Of a DNA stretch of 64,000 bases, positions 11,587-20,822 are shown in pieces. Within the stretch, counting starts at the first letter, position 1. The number at the start of each line of letters is the position of its first letter. The position numbers and the translations under genes are program-made. Source of the DNA: Roseateles sp. (GTDB lineage: Bacteria > Pseudomonadota > Gammaproteobacteria > Burkholderiales > Burkholderiaceae_C); NCBI RefSeq assembly GCF_019237615.1, contig NZ_JAFAGT010000014.1, positions 5,805-69,804 on the forward strand, read 5' to 3'. The notes beneath the pieces are model-generated. The model was given only the letters and a program-made list of their open reading frames with translations, made no database searches and had not been told where the DNA came from.

Positions 11587-12636
11587 TCAACCCAGGTTCT
11601 TCACGATGAACGGCCCCAGCCAATTCGCCACGCCGATGGGCAGCTTGCGCCAGGCCTTGATCATCAGCTGGTACTTGGGGTTGTTCGGGTTGTTCTGGGG
11701 GATGGCGTCGCGCTTGAACAGCCGGTACTCGTAGGACAGCGGCTGCGGCTCGAAACCCCAGTTCTTCTTGAAGGCGTAGGGGCCGGTGCCCTGCTTGCTG
11801 CGGCCGTAGTCGAAGAGCTTGAGGCCGCGGGCGCAGGCGCGGCGCATCAGCTCCCAGTACTTGAAGTCGTTGGCGGCGAGGTCGCGCGCCGCCTCGTCGT
11901 CGCCCGCGTAGTAGGGCAGCACCTCGTCGCGGAAGTAGAAGCTCAGCACGCTGGACAGCGGCTTGCCGTCCGGCGCGGTGACGGTCAGCACCTCGGCATC
12001 CGCGCCGAATTCGTCCAGCAGCGCCTGGAAGTAAGCCCTGGGCATGGCCGGCGTGCCGTGGCGGTGCACGTTGTCGGCGTAGAGGTCGAAGAAGCGGTCG
12101 ACGTTGGCGTCGATCTCGGCGCGCAGCTCGTTCTTGATGCCCTTGCGCACCATGGCCCTCTGCTTGCGCGGGATGGCCAGCATGTTGGCCTCCTCGTCGG
12201 GGAGGATGGCCTTGCGAAAGGTCACGTAGAGGTCTTGCCGCGGCCAGTCGGCGTGGCGGGTGGGGCCCAGGTAGCGGTACTCCAGGTGCTCGGCGCCCTG
12301 CGCGCGCGCGATCCTCTCGGCCTCGGCCTCCAGCGCCGCCGCGGCCTCGTCGTTCAGCGCCGCGACACCGCCGTAGACGGCGAACGGCAGGCTGGCGACC
12401 GCATGGCCGAAAAGGCGGCTCTTGACCTCGGCCAGCGGCAGCACCCCCTCGATGGCGCCGTCACGCTCGGCATAGAGGAAGAAGCACTGGTGGCCGAACA
12501 CCGACTCGATGACGCGCAGCCAGCCGCTGCGATGGAAGAAGGTGGCCTGCGGGTGCGCAAGGACGAACTCGTCCCAGCGCGCGGACAAGGGCTTGTCTTG
12601 CGCGGCCAGGCGCGCAATGCGGAGGGGGGATGTCAT
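11587..12636 (-). CDS. FemAB-family protein, XrtA/PEP-CTERM-locus type
   Basis: 349 aa. WDEFVLAHPQATFFHRSGWLRVIESVFGH...YGG and a C-terminal KKNWGFEPQPL match the FemAB-like proteins of these loci. Confidence 0.85.
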   Translation of the reverse strand: MTSPLRIARLAAQDKPLSARWDEFVLAHPQATFFHRSGWLRVIESVFGHQCFFLYAERDGAIEGVLPLAEVKSRLFGHAVASLPFAVYGGVAALNDEAAAALEAEAERIARAQGAEHLEYRYLGPTRHADWPRQDLYVTFRKAILPDEEANMLAIPRKQRAMVRKGIKNELRAEIDANVDRFFDLYADNVHRHGTPAMPRAYFQALLDEFGADAEVLTVTAPDGKPLSSVLSFYFRDEVLPYYAGDDEAARDLAANDFKYWELMRRACARGLKLFDYGRSKQGTGPYAFKKNWGFEPQPLSYEYRLFKRDAIPQNNPNNPKYQLMIKAWRKLPIGVANWLGPFIVKNLG

Positions 12637-13530
12637 TCAGGCGGGGCTCAGCGTGGGCGCCGGAGCGCGCGGGCTGGCCTCGCGGCCGAGGAAGATCTCG
12701 TCCATTCGCCCCCAGCGGAAGTCTTCCAGCAGCCGCCCGATACGGCCGTGGGTGCGGGGGATGTTGACGTAGTGGCGGAAGCGCGTCTTCGCGTCGATGC
12801 CCGGCACGCGGGGCTGCTCGGCATCGATCTCCCAGGGGTGGAAGTAGAAGACCGCGGGCTCGCCGTCGGTCTCGTTGACGCGGCGGATCAGCCAGCGCGA
12901 CAGCGCATAGGGCAGCAGGCGGAAGTAGCCCCCGCCGCTGCTGGGCAGGTTGCGCGCCCCCATGCGCACGGTGGTCACCGGGACCTCCAGCAAGCCCTCG
13001 CGCACCGGGTAGGCGAAGCGTGGCGAATCGGGCATGCCGTAGTGGTCATGGGCGATGGGGTAGACGCTGCTGGAGTAGCGGTAGCCGGCGTCGCGCAGCA
13101 CGTCGAAGGCCCAGAGGTTGTCCTTGCCGATGGAGAAGCTGGGGGCGCGATAGCCGACGACGGGCACGCCGCCCAGATCCTCCAGCAAGGCCTTGGCGCG
13201 CGTGACGTCGTCCAGGAAGGCCGCAGGGCTGAGGTCGCTGGCGCGTTCATGGCCATAGCCGTGGCTGGCCAGCTCATGGCCGCCGGCCACGATGGCCTTG
13301 ACGACCTGCGGATAGCGCTCGGCGATCCACCCCAGCGTGAAGAAGGTGGCCTTGACCTGCCTCTCGGCCAGCAGCGCAAGGATGCGCGCCATGTTGCGCT
13401 CGACGCGGCATTCCATCCCGTTCCAGTCCTCGCGGCGGATGTAGGGCGCGAAGGCGGAGACCTGGAAGTAGTCTTCCACGTCAATGCTCATCGCATTGCG
13501 CAGGGCCGGGGTCTTGGTCGGCATCAGCAT
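12637..13530 (-). CDS. polysaccharide deacetylase (NodB-fold), XrtA-locus type
   Basis: MSIDVEDYFQV, HGYGHE and YRAPSFS motifs. The start may be 13530, 13524 or the Met just before SIDVEDYF. Confidence 0.9.
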   Translation of the reverse strand: MLMPTKTPALRNAMSIDVEDYFQVSAFAPYIRREDWNGMECRVERNMARILALLAERQVKATFFTLGWIAERYPQVVKAIVAGGHELASHGYGHERASDLSPAAFLDDVTRAKALLEDLGGVPVVGYRAPSFSIGKDNLWAFDVLRDAGYRYSSSVYPIAHDHYGMPDSPRFAYPVREGLLEVPVTTVRMGARNLPSSGGGYFRLLPYALSRWLIRRVNETDGEPAVFYFHPWEIDAEQPRVPGIDAKTRFRHYVNIPRTHGRIGRLLEDFRWGRMDEIFLGREASPRAPAPTLSPA

Positions 13531-13614
13531 GGCCGCGCCGCCCGGCCGCCCGAAGGCGCTGCAGCCCCCTCGGGGGACAGTGAACGAAGTGCGCGTGGGG
13601 GCATCATCCGTACC

Positions 13615-14712
13615 TTAGTGCTGCTTGACGGCGTCCACCAGCTTCTGCAGCAGCGCCAGCGTCTGCAGGTTGATGCGCTCCAGGCGCATCATGCTGCGCT
13701 CCAGGCGCTGCAGTCGATCGGTGTGGTGATCGGCATTCAGCGCCGCGATCTCGGAGGACAGCCCCTCGACCTCGGCGACGCTCATCTTGAGCTTGGTCAC
13801 GTCCAGGGCGCCTGGCACGCTGTCCAGCGCGCCGGGGCGGCTGTCGGGCAGCCTGGCGGGCATGCTGTCCAGCGAGCTGGCGTCGCCATGCCGCGGCGAC
13901 TCGCTCTCCTGGGCGATGTCGCGCAGCACCTCCTTCACGTCGGCCAGCGTCAGGTGCGTGCGGCCCTGCATGAAGCCCAGCAGCAGCAGGCGGTCGCACA
14001 GGCGGTTGATGCGGCGCGGGATGCCGTTGCTGGCCTTGTGGATGGCGGGGAAGGCGTCGTGGTCGAAGGTGGGCTTGCCGGTGGAGCCCGCGCATTTCAG
14101 GCGGTGCTCCATGTAACGCTGGGTCTCGTCCTCGTCCAGCGGGCCGATGTGGCAGGTCGCCGCGACACGCTGGCGGAACTGCTCCATCTCGGGCTTCTGC
14201 AGGATGCCGCGGAACTCGGGCTGGCCGACCAGGAAGGTCTGCAGCAGCGACTGGTTGCTGAACTGGAAGTTGGACAGCATGCGCAACTCCTCGACCGCGC
14301 GGGCGGTGAGGTTCTGCGCCTCGTCGACGATGAGCAGGCAGCGCTTGCCCTGGGTGACCTGGTTGACGAAGAAGGCCTCCAGCGTCATCAGCAGCTCGGA
14401 CTTGGGCGCGTCCTTCACGCGCACGCCGAAGGCGGCTCCAACCATGCGCAGCGTGTCCTCGGCGTCTAGCTGGGTCGTGACGACGTTGCCGATGATGACG
14501 TTGCTGCGGTTCAGGCTGTCCAGCAGGCCGCGCAGCAGCGTGGTCTTGCCCGCACCGATCTCGCCGGTGATGACGATGAAGCCGTCGTTGCGCAGCACGC
14601 CGTAGTCCAGATAGGCCTTGGCCCGGCGGTGCTGCTTGCTGCCGTAGTAGAAGTTCGGGTCCGGGCTGAGCTGGAAGGGCTTGCTGCTCAGGCCGTAGAA
14701 GGCTTCGTACAT
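13615..14712 (-). CDS. AAA ATPase (ExeA/GspA-like), XrtA/PEP-CTERM-system-associated
   Basis: MYEAFYGLSSKPFQLSPDP followed by Walker A GEIGAGKTT and LIVDEAQNL. Start taken at ATG 14712. Confidence 0.85.
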   Translation of the reverse strand: MYEAFYGLSSKPFQLSPDPNFYYGSKQHRRAKAYLDYGVLRNDGFIVITGEIGAGKTTLLRGLLDSLNRSNVIIGNVVTTQLDAEDTLRMVGAAFGVRVKDAPKSELLMTLEAFFVNQVTQGKRCLLIVDEAQNLTARAVEELRMLSNFQFSNQSLLQTFLVGQPEFRGILQKPEMEQFRQRVAATCHIGPLDEDETQRYMEHRLKCAGSTGKPTFDHDAFPAIHKASNGIPRRINRLCDRLLLLGFMQGRTHLTLADVKEVLRDIAQESESPRHGDASSLDSMPARLPDSRPGALDSVPGALDVTKLKMSVAEVEGLSSEIAALNADHHTDRLQRLERSMMRLERINLQTLALLQKLVDAVKQH

Positions 14713-14795
14713 ATCAGTGGCGCCCGTCCGCCCCATGCCACGCCCGCGGCGCCTCGGCGGCGCACGTGCTGCGTGGGCAAGGCGGTCGTTTCATG

Positions 14796-16340
14796 TCAGA
14801 ACTGTTGGGTCAGGGTGGCATAGGCCGCATTCTCGGAATACGGCGTGACGCCTACGAAGCGGCTGTGGCGGGCGCCGAGCAGCAGGCTGAGGCGCGAACC
14901 GAGGCGGCTGTTCAAGCTGCAGATCAAGCTGGTGAGCTGCGCGCGTCGACTGGCGTCGCCCACGCTCTCCTGGCGCGAGGCCGTCAGCGACAGCCCGGTC
15001 ACGGGCGTGAGCTGGTAGCTGCCCGTCAGCGCATAGGAGCGCTGCTCGATGCTGGCGTTGTTGGCCAGGTCGCCCTGGTTCAGGTTGTCGCCGAGGCGGC
15101 TCGTGATGGAGCGGCTGACGGTGGCCGTCACGTTGCTGCGCACGCCCTGCAGCGTGAAGCTGAGCATCTGGGTGCGCAGCTGGCTCGGCCCCGTGGACAG
15201 GAAGCCCGTCGCGGCCGGTGCGTCCGGCGACAGGCCCAGCGCCTGCAGGTCGGCGCGCACCAGGGCGTCGCGCTTGACCGGGTCCGGCTCCAGCGACGCG
15301 TACAGCTGGAAAAACAGGTCGTAGTTGGTCCGCACGCCGCCGGTCGCACCGGTATTGCCCAGCATGACGCTGCGCGAGTCCGAGACCCGCCAGACCGAAT
15401 TCCGCATGCGGTGCTCGAAACTCAGGCCGTAGCTGTTGCCATAGTTGTGGCTTTGCCAGTTGCCGTTCACCCGCGTGCGCGGCGTGGGCGTCCACTCGGC
15501 CGTCACGCCGCCCGTGAAGCCGCTTTGCGCGCTGCCGCCGCCGCTGAGGTAGTCGTTGCGCTCCTGGCCCCCATTGGCGCTGAACACCCAGTCGAGATTG
15601 GGTCGGTAGTTCAGGCCCGCCACCGCGGAGCTGTTGCGGTTGGAGGCCGCACCCACGGAGCTCACCTGCTGCGTGCTCGCCAGGAGATACCAACCCAGCA
15701 CACCGGCATTGAGCTGGGCAATGCGAAGTGAGCCGCCGCGCCCCCTGCTGTCCCCCAGGCTGCTGCCGCGCACTTCCGTGATCGAGAAATTGCCGCGCAG
15801 GTCCATGCTCGCCAGGCCGCCCAGTTGGCCGTGCAGCAGCGGCGACACCGTCAGCGTGCCGGTCTCGCGCCGGTTCGGGTTGTCCAGCGCGGCCACCGAC
15901 CCCTGCGAACCCAGCGTGGGCGCCGCCTGCAAGCCGAAGGCCGAGGCGTTCTGCTGTCCGATGCTGGCCTGGGCTTCGACGAAGAAGGTGCGAGGAATGA
16001 TCTCGGCCTGACCGTTCGCGGTCAGCGAGTTCTGCAGCTGCGAGCCGTAGTTCGTCTTCAGGTAGGCGATGCCGTTGAGCGAGTAGTCCAGGCTGCCACG
16101 CAACGCGCCGGTGTTGCGCACGATGCTGATACCCGGCGACACCGTCGTGATCAGTGCCGCATCCCTGTTGGTCTCGCTGAGGCGAAGGTTGTCGGTCCAG
16201 CCCTGCGAGATGGCGATGCGTGGCCGGATGGAGCCGCCGCTCGGAGCCGCGCCCTCGCCCTGCTGAGCCTGGGCCGCCATCGCGAAGACGGCGAGTGCCA
16301 GGGGCAGGCGGCGCCGCGACTCAGGTCGGCGCCGAGTCAT
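14796..16340 (-). CDS. PEP-CTERM-system-associated outer-membrane beta-barrel protein
   Basis: Signal peptide MTRRRPESRRRLPLALAVFAMAAQAQ starts at ATG 16340. The body is alternating and Gly/Ser/Asn/Tyr-rich, with a C-terminal ...YATLTQQF (terminal Phe). The 24-codon upstream extension in the track is an out-of-frame reading of the GY repeat. Confidence 0.7.
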   Translation of the reverse strand: MTRRRPESRRRLPLALAVFAMAAQAQQGEGAAPSGGSIRPRIAISQGWTDNLRLSETNRDAALITTVSPGISIVRNTGALRGSLDYSLNGIAYLKTNYGSQLQNSLTANGQAEIIPRTFFVEAQASIGQQNASAFGLQAAPTLGSQGSVAALDNPNRRETGTLTVSPLLHGQLGGLASMDLRGNFSITEVRGSSLGDSRGRGGSLRIAQLNAGVLGWYLLASTQQVSSVGAASNRNSSAVAGLNYRPNLDWVFSANGGQERNDYLSGGGSAQSGFTGGVTAEWTPTPRTRVNGNWQSHNYGNSYGLSFEHRMRNSVWRVSDSRSVMLGNTGATGGVRTNYDLFFQLYASLEPDPVKRDALVRADLQALGLSPDAPAATGFLSTGPSQLRTQMLSFTLQGVRSNVTATVSRSITSRLGDNLNQGDLANNASIEQRSYALTGSYQLTPVTGLSLTASRQESVGDASRRAQLTSLICSLNSRLGSRLSLLLGARHSRFVGVTPYSENAAYATLTQQF

Positions 16341-17289
16341 TGCTGCTATAGCCATACCCGTATCCGTAGCCATACCCGTAGCCATACCCGTAGCCATAGC
16401 CACCGGCGGCACTGGGGCTGGCCTGGTTGAGCAGCATCATCTTGACCGGGCAGGTCTCGATCGCGGCGAGGGCTTGCTGGACGGCGCTCTGCGCCGTCTT
16501 CTCGGCATGGACGACGACGATGATCTGCCCCATGTGCGAAGCCAGCACGCGGGACTCCGTCGTCAGCAGCAGCGGCGGCGAGTCGAAGATGATGATGCGG
16601 TCCGGATAGCGCTTGGCCATGGTGTCGAGCAGGTGGCTCATCGCATCGCTGGCCAGCAACTCGGTGGCGCGCGGATGCGGCGTGCCGCTGGGCAGGATGG
16701 TCAGCTTCTCGACGTTGGTGCGCAGCAGCACATCTGACATCTCGACGCGATCCTCCAGCACGTCGAGCAGGCCGGGCCCCTGGGGCAGCCCCAGCATGCG
16801 CAGCACGGAAGGCCGTGCCACGTCGGCATCGACCAGCATGACGGTGTTGTCTAGTTCGGCCGCGATGCTCAGCGCCAGGTTGATGGACGTGAAGCTCTTG
16901 CCCTCGCCGGCCAGGGCGCTGGTCACCATCAGCAGATTGGCGTGGTTGATCGTCGCCGCCCCCTTGCCCATCGCGTTCTTGATCAGCGGGCGCTTGATGA
17001 CGCGGTACTGGTCGCCGGTCTGCGAGCGCGGCGTGTGCGGCATCAGGAAGCCCTGGGCCGCCAAGGCGACGACGTCCAGCTCGACGCGCTTGGACGAGAC
17101 GTGGAGCCCGTCATCCTGGACCGAAATGCCCACGGAACCGCGCCGCGTGTCGGCGACCGGCGCGGCCGCGGCGGGCGTGGCCACAGCCGGCTCGACCACG
17201 GGCTGCACCTGCTCGTCTCCAGGCAGCACGACGCCGGCCTGGCGCAGTTGCTCGAGCCGCTGGGCGGCTTGTTCAATCAGGCTCGTCAT
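16321..17289 (-). CDS. exopolysaccharide tyrosine autokinase (BY-kinase catalytic subunit, EpsG-like)
   Basis: Walker A SALAGEGKS, VDADVARPS, and a C-terminal tyrosine cluster G(GY)9SSNDSAPT. The 3' end overlaps the OMP gene start by 20 nt. Confidence 0.85.
   Translation of the reverse strand: MTSLIEQAAQRLEQLRQAGVVLPGDEQVQPVVEPAVATPAAAAPVADTRRGSVGISVQDDGLHVSSKRVELDVVALAAQGFLMPHTPRSQTGDQYRVIKRPLIKNAMGKGAATINHANLLMVTSALAGEGKSFTSINLALSIAAELDNTVMLVDADVARPSVLRMLGLPQGPGLLDVLEDRVEMSDVLLRTNVEKLTILPSGTPHPRATELLASDAMSHLLDTMAKRYPDRIIIFDSPPLLLTTESRVLASHMGQIIVVVHAEKTAQSAVQQALAAIETCPVKMMLLNQASPSAAGGYGYGYGYGYGYGYGYGYSSNDSAPT
16348..16401 (-). repeat. in-frame tandem repeat encoding (Gly-Tyr)x9 at the BY-kinase C-terminus
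   Basis: Minus-strand reading is GGC TAT GGC TAC GGG TAT GGC TAC GGG TAT GGC TAC GGA TAC GGG TAT GGC TAT. A 12-nt unit TACGGGTATGGC recurs. Confidence 0.9.
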
Positions 17290-17290
17290 G

Positions 17291-18880
17291 TCAAACCACC
17301 TGCCGGCTCAGTTGCACAGCCAAGACCGTCAAGGCGACGGCGAACATCACCAGCAGCCCGCCGGCTCCTGCAGAAAACCGGATCAGCTCGACGCGCTGAC
17401 GCGCGCGGTCCGCGTCCGTCACCAACCGGGTCACGACACCCAGGATGGGCAGTTCCACCCGCGCACGCAAGTCGTTCGCGTCGTGGAAGACCGGGCGCAG
17501 CTGGCTGGCCGCAAAGGTCGTGAACAGGCCGACGCCCAGGGCCGCCGCCATCGCGCCGGCCAGCAGCAGCAGCCGGTTGGGAGCCACGGGCTTGGGGTTG
17601 GCGCGGGGCGGATCGATGACGCGGAAGTCCGCCACGCCCGAAGCCACGTCGAGCTCGCCGGAGATCGAGGCCTGCTCGCGACGCTGAACGAGGTCTTCGT
17701 AGTTCCGCTTGTGGATCGCATAGTCCCGATTCAGCTGGGCTGCCTCGGCCTCGACCTGCGGGGCCGTCTTCATGGCCGCGAGCGCCTGCGAATAGCGGCC
17801 GGAGTATTCATCGACCCGCGCACGCAGCGACGCCACCTGAACCTCGGTCGTCGCAAGGATGCGCACCATCTCCTGCATCGCGATGCTGCCGCCGGCCTGG
17901 CCCACGGAGGCCGTCGGCACGTTCATTGCGGCCTTGCGCAATTCGGCGAGCTCCTTCTTCCTCTGCTCCTCCAGATCCTTGATGAGCTTGCGCGTGGCAA
18001 TGATGTCGGGATGCTGGTCGGTGTAGCGCTGCAGCAGCGCGTCGAGGTTGCGGCGATATTCGGCCAGTCGCGCATCCAGCTCGGGCGTGCTGACATTGGC
18101 GTTGGACTCCTGCATCAGACTCTGGGTCGTGGTCTGCGCACCGCCCCGCGTCCTTTCGGCCTCCAGCTGGGCCTTGGCCGCATCACGGGCGTTGACGGCC
18201 TCGCGATACTCCAGCCGCGCCCGCTCCAACTGGGTGCCGAGCTCAGCGAGACGTGCCGCGGAATCCTTGCCGTCGTTCGCCGCGTTGGACAGGTTCTTCA
18301 GGCGGAATTCCTTCAGTCGCGCCTCGGCCTCTTCCAGCTTGGCCTCGTAGGCCTTGATCTGCTCGTTGATGAAGGTCGTCGCCGTCGACGTGCCCTGCCG
18401 CGTCTGGCCCAGGCTGGACTCGACGAAGATCGACACCAGCGCCTGCACCACGCGCTTGGCGGTCTCCGGATCGCTGTCGCGATAGCCGAGGATGTAGAGG
18501 TTGTCGCGACCGCTACTCTGGATGGACAGGTTGCTCGTCACCGTCTCGATGGTGGCTTCCTGCTGGGCCTTGGACTGGTTCTTCAGGTCCAGGTCGGCCA
18601 TGCGGACGAGCTTCTCGACATTGGGCCGGCTGATCAGCGTGCGGCTGAGCATCGTCACCTGCTGCTCGACGTTGGGCTGGACGGCCAGACCCGACATCAG
18701 CGGTTTCAGGATGGACTGCGTGTCCACGTAGATGCGGGCGCTGGCCTCATAACGATCCGGCAGCGCGAAGACCACGACAGAGCCCACCACGCCGGTCACC
18801 CAAGCCACGACCAGGCCGATCCAGCGGTACTTCCACATCCGCCGAACGACGATCAGCAGCTGACCCATCAGCAATTCCAT
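17291..18880 (-). CDS. polysaccharide chain-length determinant (Wzz-family), XrtA-locus type
   Basis: 529 aa. N-terminal TM followed by PDRYEASARIYVD, a long coiled-coil periplasmic region and a C-terminal TM. Confidence 0.85.
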   Translation of the reverse strand: MELLMGQLLIVVRRMWKYRWIGLVVAWVTGVVGSVVVFALPDRYEASARIYVDTQSILKPLMSGLAVQPNVEQQVTMLSRTLISRPNVEKLVRMADLDLKNQSKAQQEATIETVTSNLSIQSSGRDNLYILGYRDSDPETAKRVVQALVSIFVESSLGQTRQGTSTATTFINEQIKAYEAKLEEAEARLKEFRLKNLSNAANDGKDSAARLAELGTQLERARLEYREAVNARDAAKAQLEAERTRGGAQTTTQSLMQESNANVSTPELDARLAEYRRNLDALLQRYTDQHPDIIATRKLIKDLEEQRKKELAELRKAAMNVPTASVGQAGGSIAMQEMVRILATTEVQVASLRARVDEYSGRYSQALAAMKTAPQVEAEAAQLNRDYAIHKRNYEDLVQRREQASISGELDVASGVADFRVIDPPRANPKPVAPNRLLLLAGAMAAALGVGLFTTFAASQLRPVFHDANDLRARVELPILGVVTRLVTDADRARQRVELIRFSAGAGGLLVMFAVALTVLAVQLSRQVV

Positions 18881-18947
18881 CGGAAACAGTCTCGGTTAGA
18901 GCAATCGAGTGGCGGGCGAGCGTTCGAAACGCGCTCCCGCCGACATT

Positions 18948-19598
18948 TCAGAACAGGCTCTGCGGAATGATCAGGATGTCGCCGGGGCGCATCTCCACGT
19001 TGGCCGACACGTCACCGCGCTTGATCAGATCCTTCAAGCGCACCGAATACTGCTTGTTGCCCTCGGCCGTGCGAAGGATGGTGGCACTGTTGCCGGAGGC
19101 GAAGTCGGTCAACCCACCCACGGCGATCATCACGTCCAGCAGCGTCATCTTCTGCTTGTAGGGCAGGAACTGCGGCTTGGCCGCTTCGCCAACGACGCGG
19201 ATCTGTTCGCTGTAGGGGCCGACGAAGTTCGTCACGATCACCGTCACGACCGGATCCCTAACGTACTTGCCCAGCTGCTGCTCGACATCGCGCGCCACCT
19301 GCACCGAGGTCTTGCCCTGGACCACCATCTCATCCACCAGCGGCGCGGCGATCTTGCCGTCCGGCCGCACGGGCACGGACATGGACAGCTCCGGGTTGCG
19401 CCAGACCTGGATGTTCAGGTTGTCACCGGCACCGATGATGTAGCTGTAGTCGTCGCTCGTCACCTGGGCCGGGGCGGCCGGATGCTGGACCGACGCGCAA
19501 CCCGTCAACCCGGCCAACGTCGATGCTGCCAACAAGGCCAGCGCCCCCGAAGCCCAGGCCCGCAAACCTCGCCGCACCTGGACATCACCGGCCGACAT
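18948..19598 (-). CDS. polysaccharide export outer-membrane lipoprotein (Wza-like, Poly_export + SLBB)
   Basis: Start chosen at ATG 19598, giving the lipoprotein signal MSAGDVQVRRGLRAWASGALALLAASTLAGLTG|C. Motifs YIIGAGDNLNIQVW, VRPDGKIAAPLV and VQGKT. The track start at 20024 would place more than 170 residues ahead of the lipobox Cys. Confidence 0.85.
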   Translation of the reverse strand: MSAGDVQVRRGLRAWASGALALLAASTLAGLTGCASVQHPAAPAQVTSDDYSYIIGAGDNLNIQVWRNPELSMSVPVRPDGKIAAPLVDEMVVQGKTSVQVARDVEQQLGKYVRDPVVTVIVTNFVGPYSEQIRVVGEAAKPQFLPYKQKMTLLDVMIAVGGLTDFASGNSATILRTAEGNKQYSVRLKDLIKRGDVSANVEMRPGDILIIPQSLF

Positions 19599-19819
19599 CA
19601 GTTGCACATCGCTGCGATTCGAAGCATGAATGGTGTCCAAGGCAAATCCTCTGTGGGTCTGGTCGTAAAAAGAGACCGAGGCGCGGGCTGGAAGCACGCC
19701 CGATAGGGAGCGTTGCATGATGCCATAGGCGCACCCGCGCCCTGGTAGCCAAATCGGGGGGTAGGCACCGCCAATGGCGTGCAATTTCACACCCGCCGCC
19801 CATTTGCCGACAAGCGCAC

Positions 19820-20701
19820 TCAGCGCGGCTTGGCACGCCCTTCCAGCAATGGCCGGATCAACATCAACATCAGTTGCTGAATCGGATTGGCGTTGCCGAA
19901 CGGACGCCAGGTGAACTTGATTTTCTGGTGGTAGGCATCGAACTGCATGGCCCAGGGCGCCGCTCGCAGATCGCCGCGCCCCAGCAACACCTTCAGCACC
20001 GAAACACCCATGACGCCGGCACACAGGTCGCAGGACATCATGGTCGACGGGCCGCGCCTCTCCTGGAAGTTCACCGCATGCGGCGCCACGAGGTAGTCGC
20101 GCTGCAGCATTGCGGGAGACAAGCCCGCGATGAAGCGGGCATATTGCTCGTTCTCGCTGCGCCCCTCCACCCGGAAATACTCCTCGAAACTCATGGCGCC
20201 GGGCTTGAAATACATGAAAGAAACGCCCATGCCGAGCGGCGCCGCCGTCAGCGCCGGAATGCCCTTCTCATAACAAGCCCGGAACAGCATGCGCCGCGCC
20301 GGCAACGCAAAGAAATCGATCCCATCGACATACACGTCGACGTCGCGCAGGAACTCATCGACATTCGCCTCGGTGACCCCTTCGGGGAATATCCGGACAT
20401 CGGCCTCCGGATTGATGTCGCGCACCATTTCGGCCAGCACCTGCGCCTTCGGGCGATCAAGCGTCGACATGAAGGCGCCGACCTGCCGATTCATGTTGTG
20501 CACACCGAATTCATCGAAGTCGGCGATATTGAAACGGCTCATCCCCAGCCGCCCCAGCGTCAGCAGGTGGGCCCCGCCGACACCGCCGAGCCCGGCGATC
20601 GCCACGCGTGCCGAGCGAAGTTTTTCCTGCTCAGCCTCGGTCACCCAGCCGATGTTCCTGGAAAATGCCCGCCCATAGTCAAAAGTCGAAGCCTGGTTCA
20701 A
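19820..20701 (-). CDS. ThiF/MoeB/HesA-family E1-like adenylyltransferase
   Basis: Rossmann motif RVAIAGLGGVGGAHLLTLGRLGMSRFNIADFDEFGVHNMNRQ, DGIDFF, and a single CDLC motif. The start is uncertain: TTG 20701 lies 5 nt after AAGGGG, and GTG 20707 is the alternative. The track start at 20767 is unlikely. Confidence 0.75.
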   Translation of the reverse strand: MNQASTFDYGRAFSRNIGWVTEAEQEKLRSARVAIAGLGGVGGAHLLTLGRLGMSRFNIADFDEFGVHNMNRQVGAFMSTLDRPKAQVLAEMVRDINPEADVRIFPEGVTEANVDEFLRDVDVYVDGIDFFALPARRMLFRACYEKGIPALTAAPLGMGVSFMYFKPGAMSFEEYFRVEGRSENEQYARFIAGLSPAMLQRDYLVAPHAVNFQERRGPSTMMSCDLCAGVMGVSVLKVLLGRGDLRAAPWAMQFDAYHQKIKFTWRPFGNANPIQQLMLMLIRPLLEGRAKPR

Positions 20702-20778
20702 GTTCACCCCTTTGCGGCCGGGCGGAGTCGTCGTCAAGGGCAAGCCGAAGCCCGAGACACCCAGCACCTGCCATCAGG

Positions 20779-20795
20779 TTGCCGCCGCGCGGCAA
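20779..20795. promoter_or_regulatory. inverted repeat TTGCCG-N5-CGGCAA in the divergent ThiF-like/nitroreductase-like intergenic region
   Basis: ttgccgccgcgcggcaa lies 28 nt upstream of ATG 20823. Candidate operator or small stem-loop. Confidence 0.3.
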
Positions 20796-20822
20796 TCTTC
20801 AATACAAGAAAGGTCGCAAACC

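Noticed and set aside
12058-14469. 803-aa plus-strand ORF. Similar very long opposite-strand ORFs occur at 4160-5869, 16613-18970, 36212-38038, 50020-52437, 57767-59905 and 59430-63383.
   Set aside because: All lie antisense to genes with strong family signatures. They are extremely Arg/Ala/Gly/His/Gln-rich and show no motifs. This is the classic stop-codon-poor antisense frame of high-GC DNA.
19599-19819. Search for a sigma-54 or clear sigma-70 promoter in the 220-nt gap upstream of the Wza-like gene
   Set aside because: Only off-register GG/GC pairs were found (for example GGCACcgccaaTGGC on the wrong strand), plus a weak TTGTCG/TGAAAT pair. Nothing is supportable without transcript data.
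18948-20024. Long N-terminal extensions in the ORF track. Also at 4250-6337, 7506-9212, 13615-14736, 14796-16412, 46256-46597, 46755-47585, 48222-49334, 48950-49378, 49422-50189, 50197-52776, 52347-53090 and 52942-53265.
   Set aside because: The extensions are Arg/Pro/Gly-rich and precede obvious native N-termini: Met-Cys of the amidotransferase, Rossmann GxGxxG motifs, and Sec, Tat or lipoprotein signals. Several run through the upstream gene. Internal starts were used instead.
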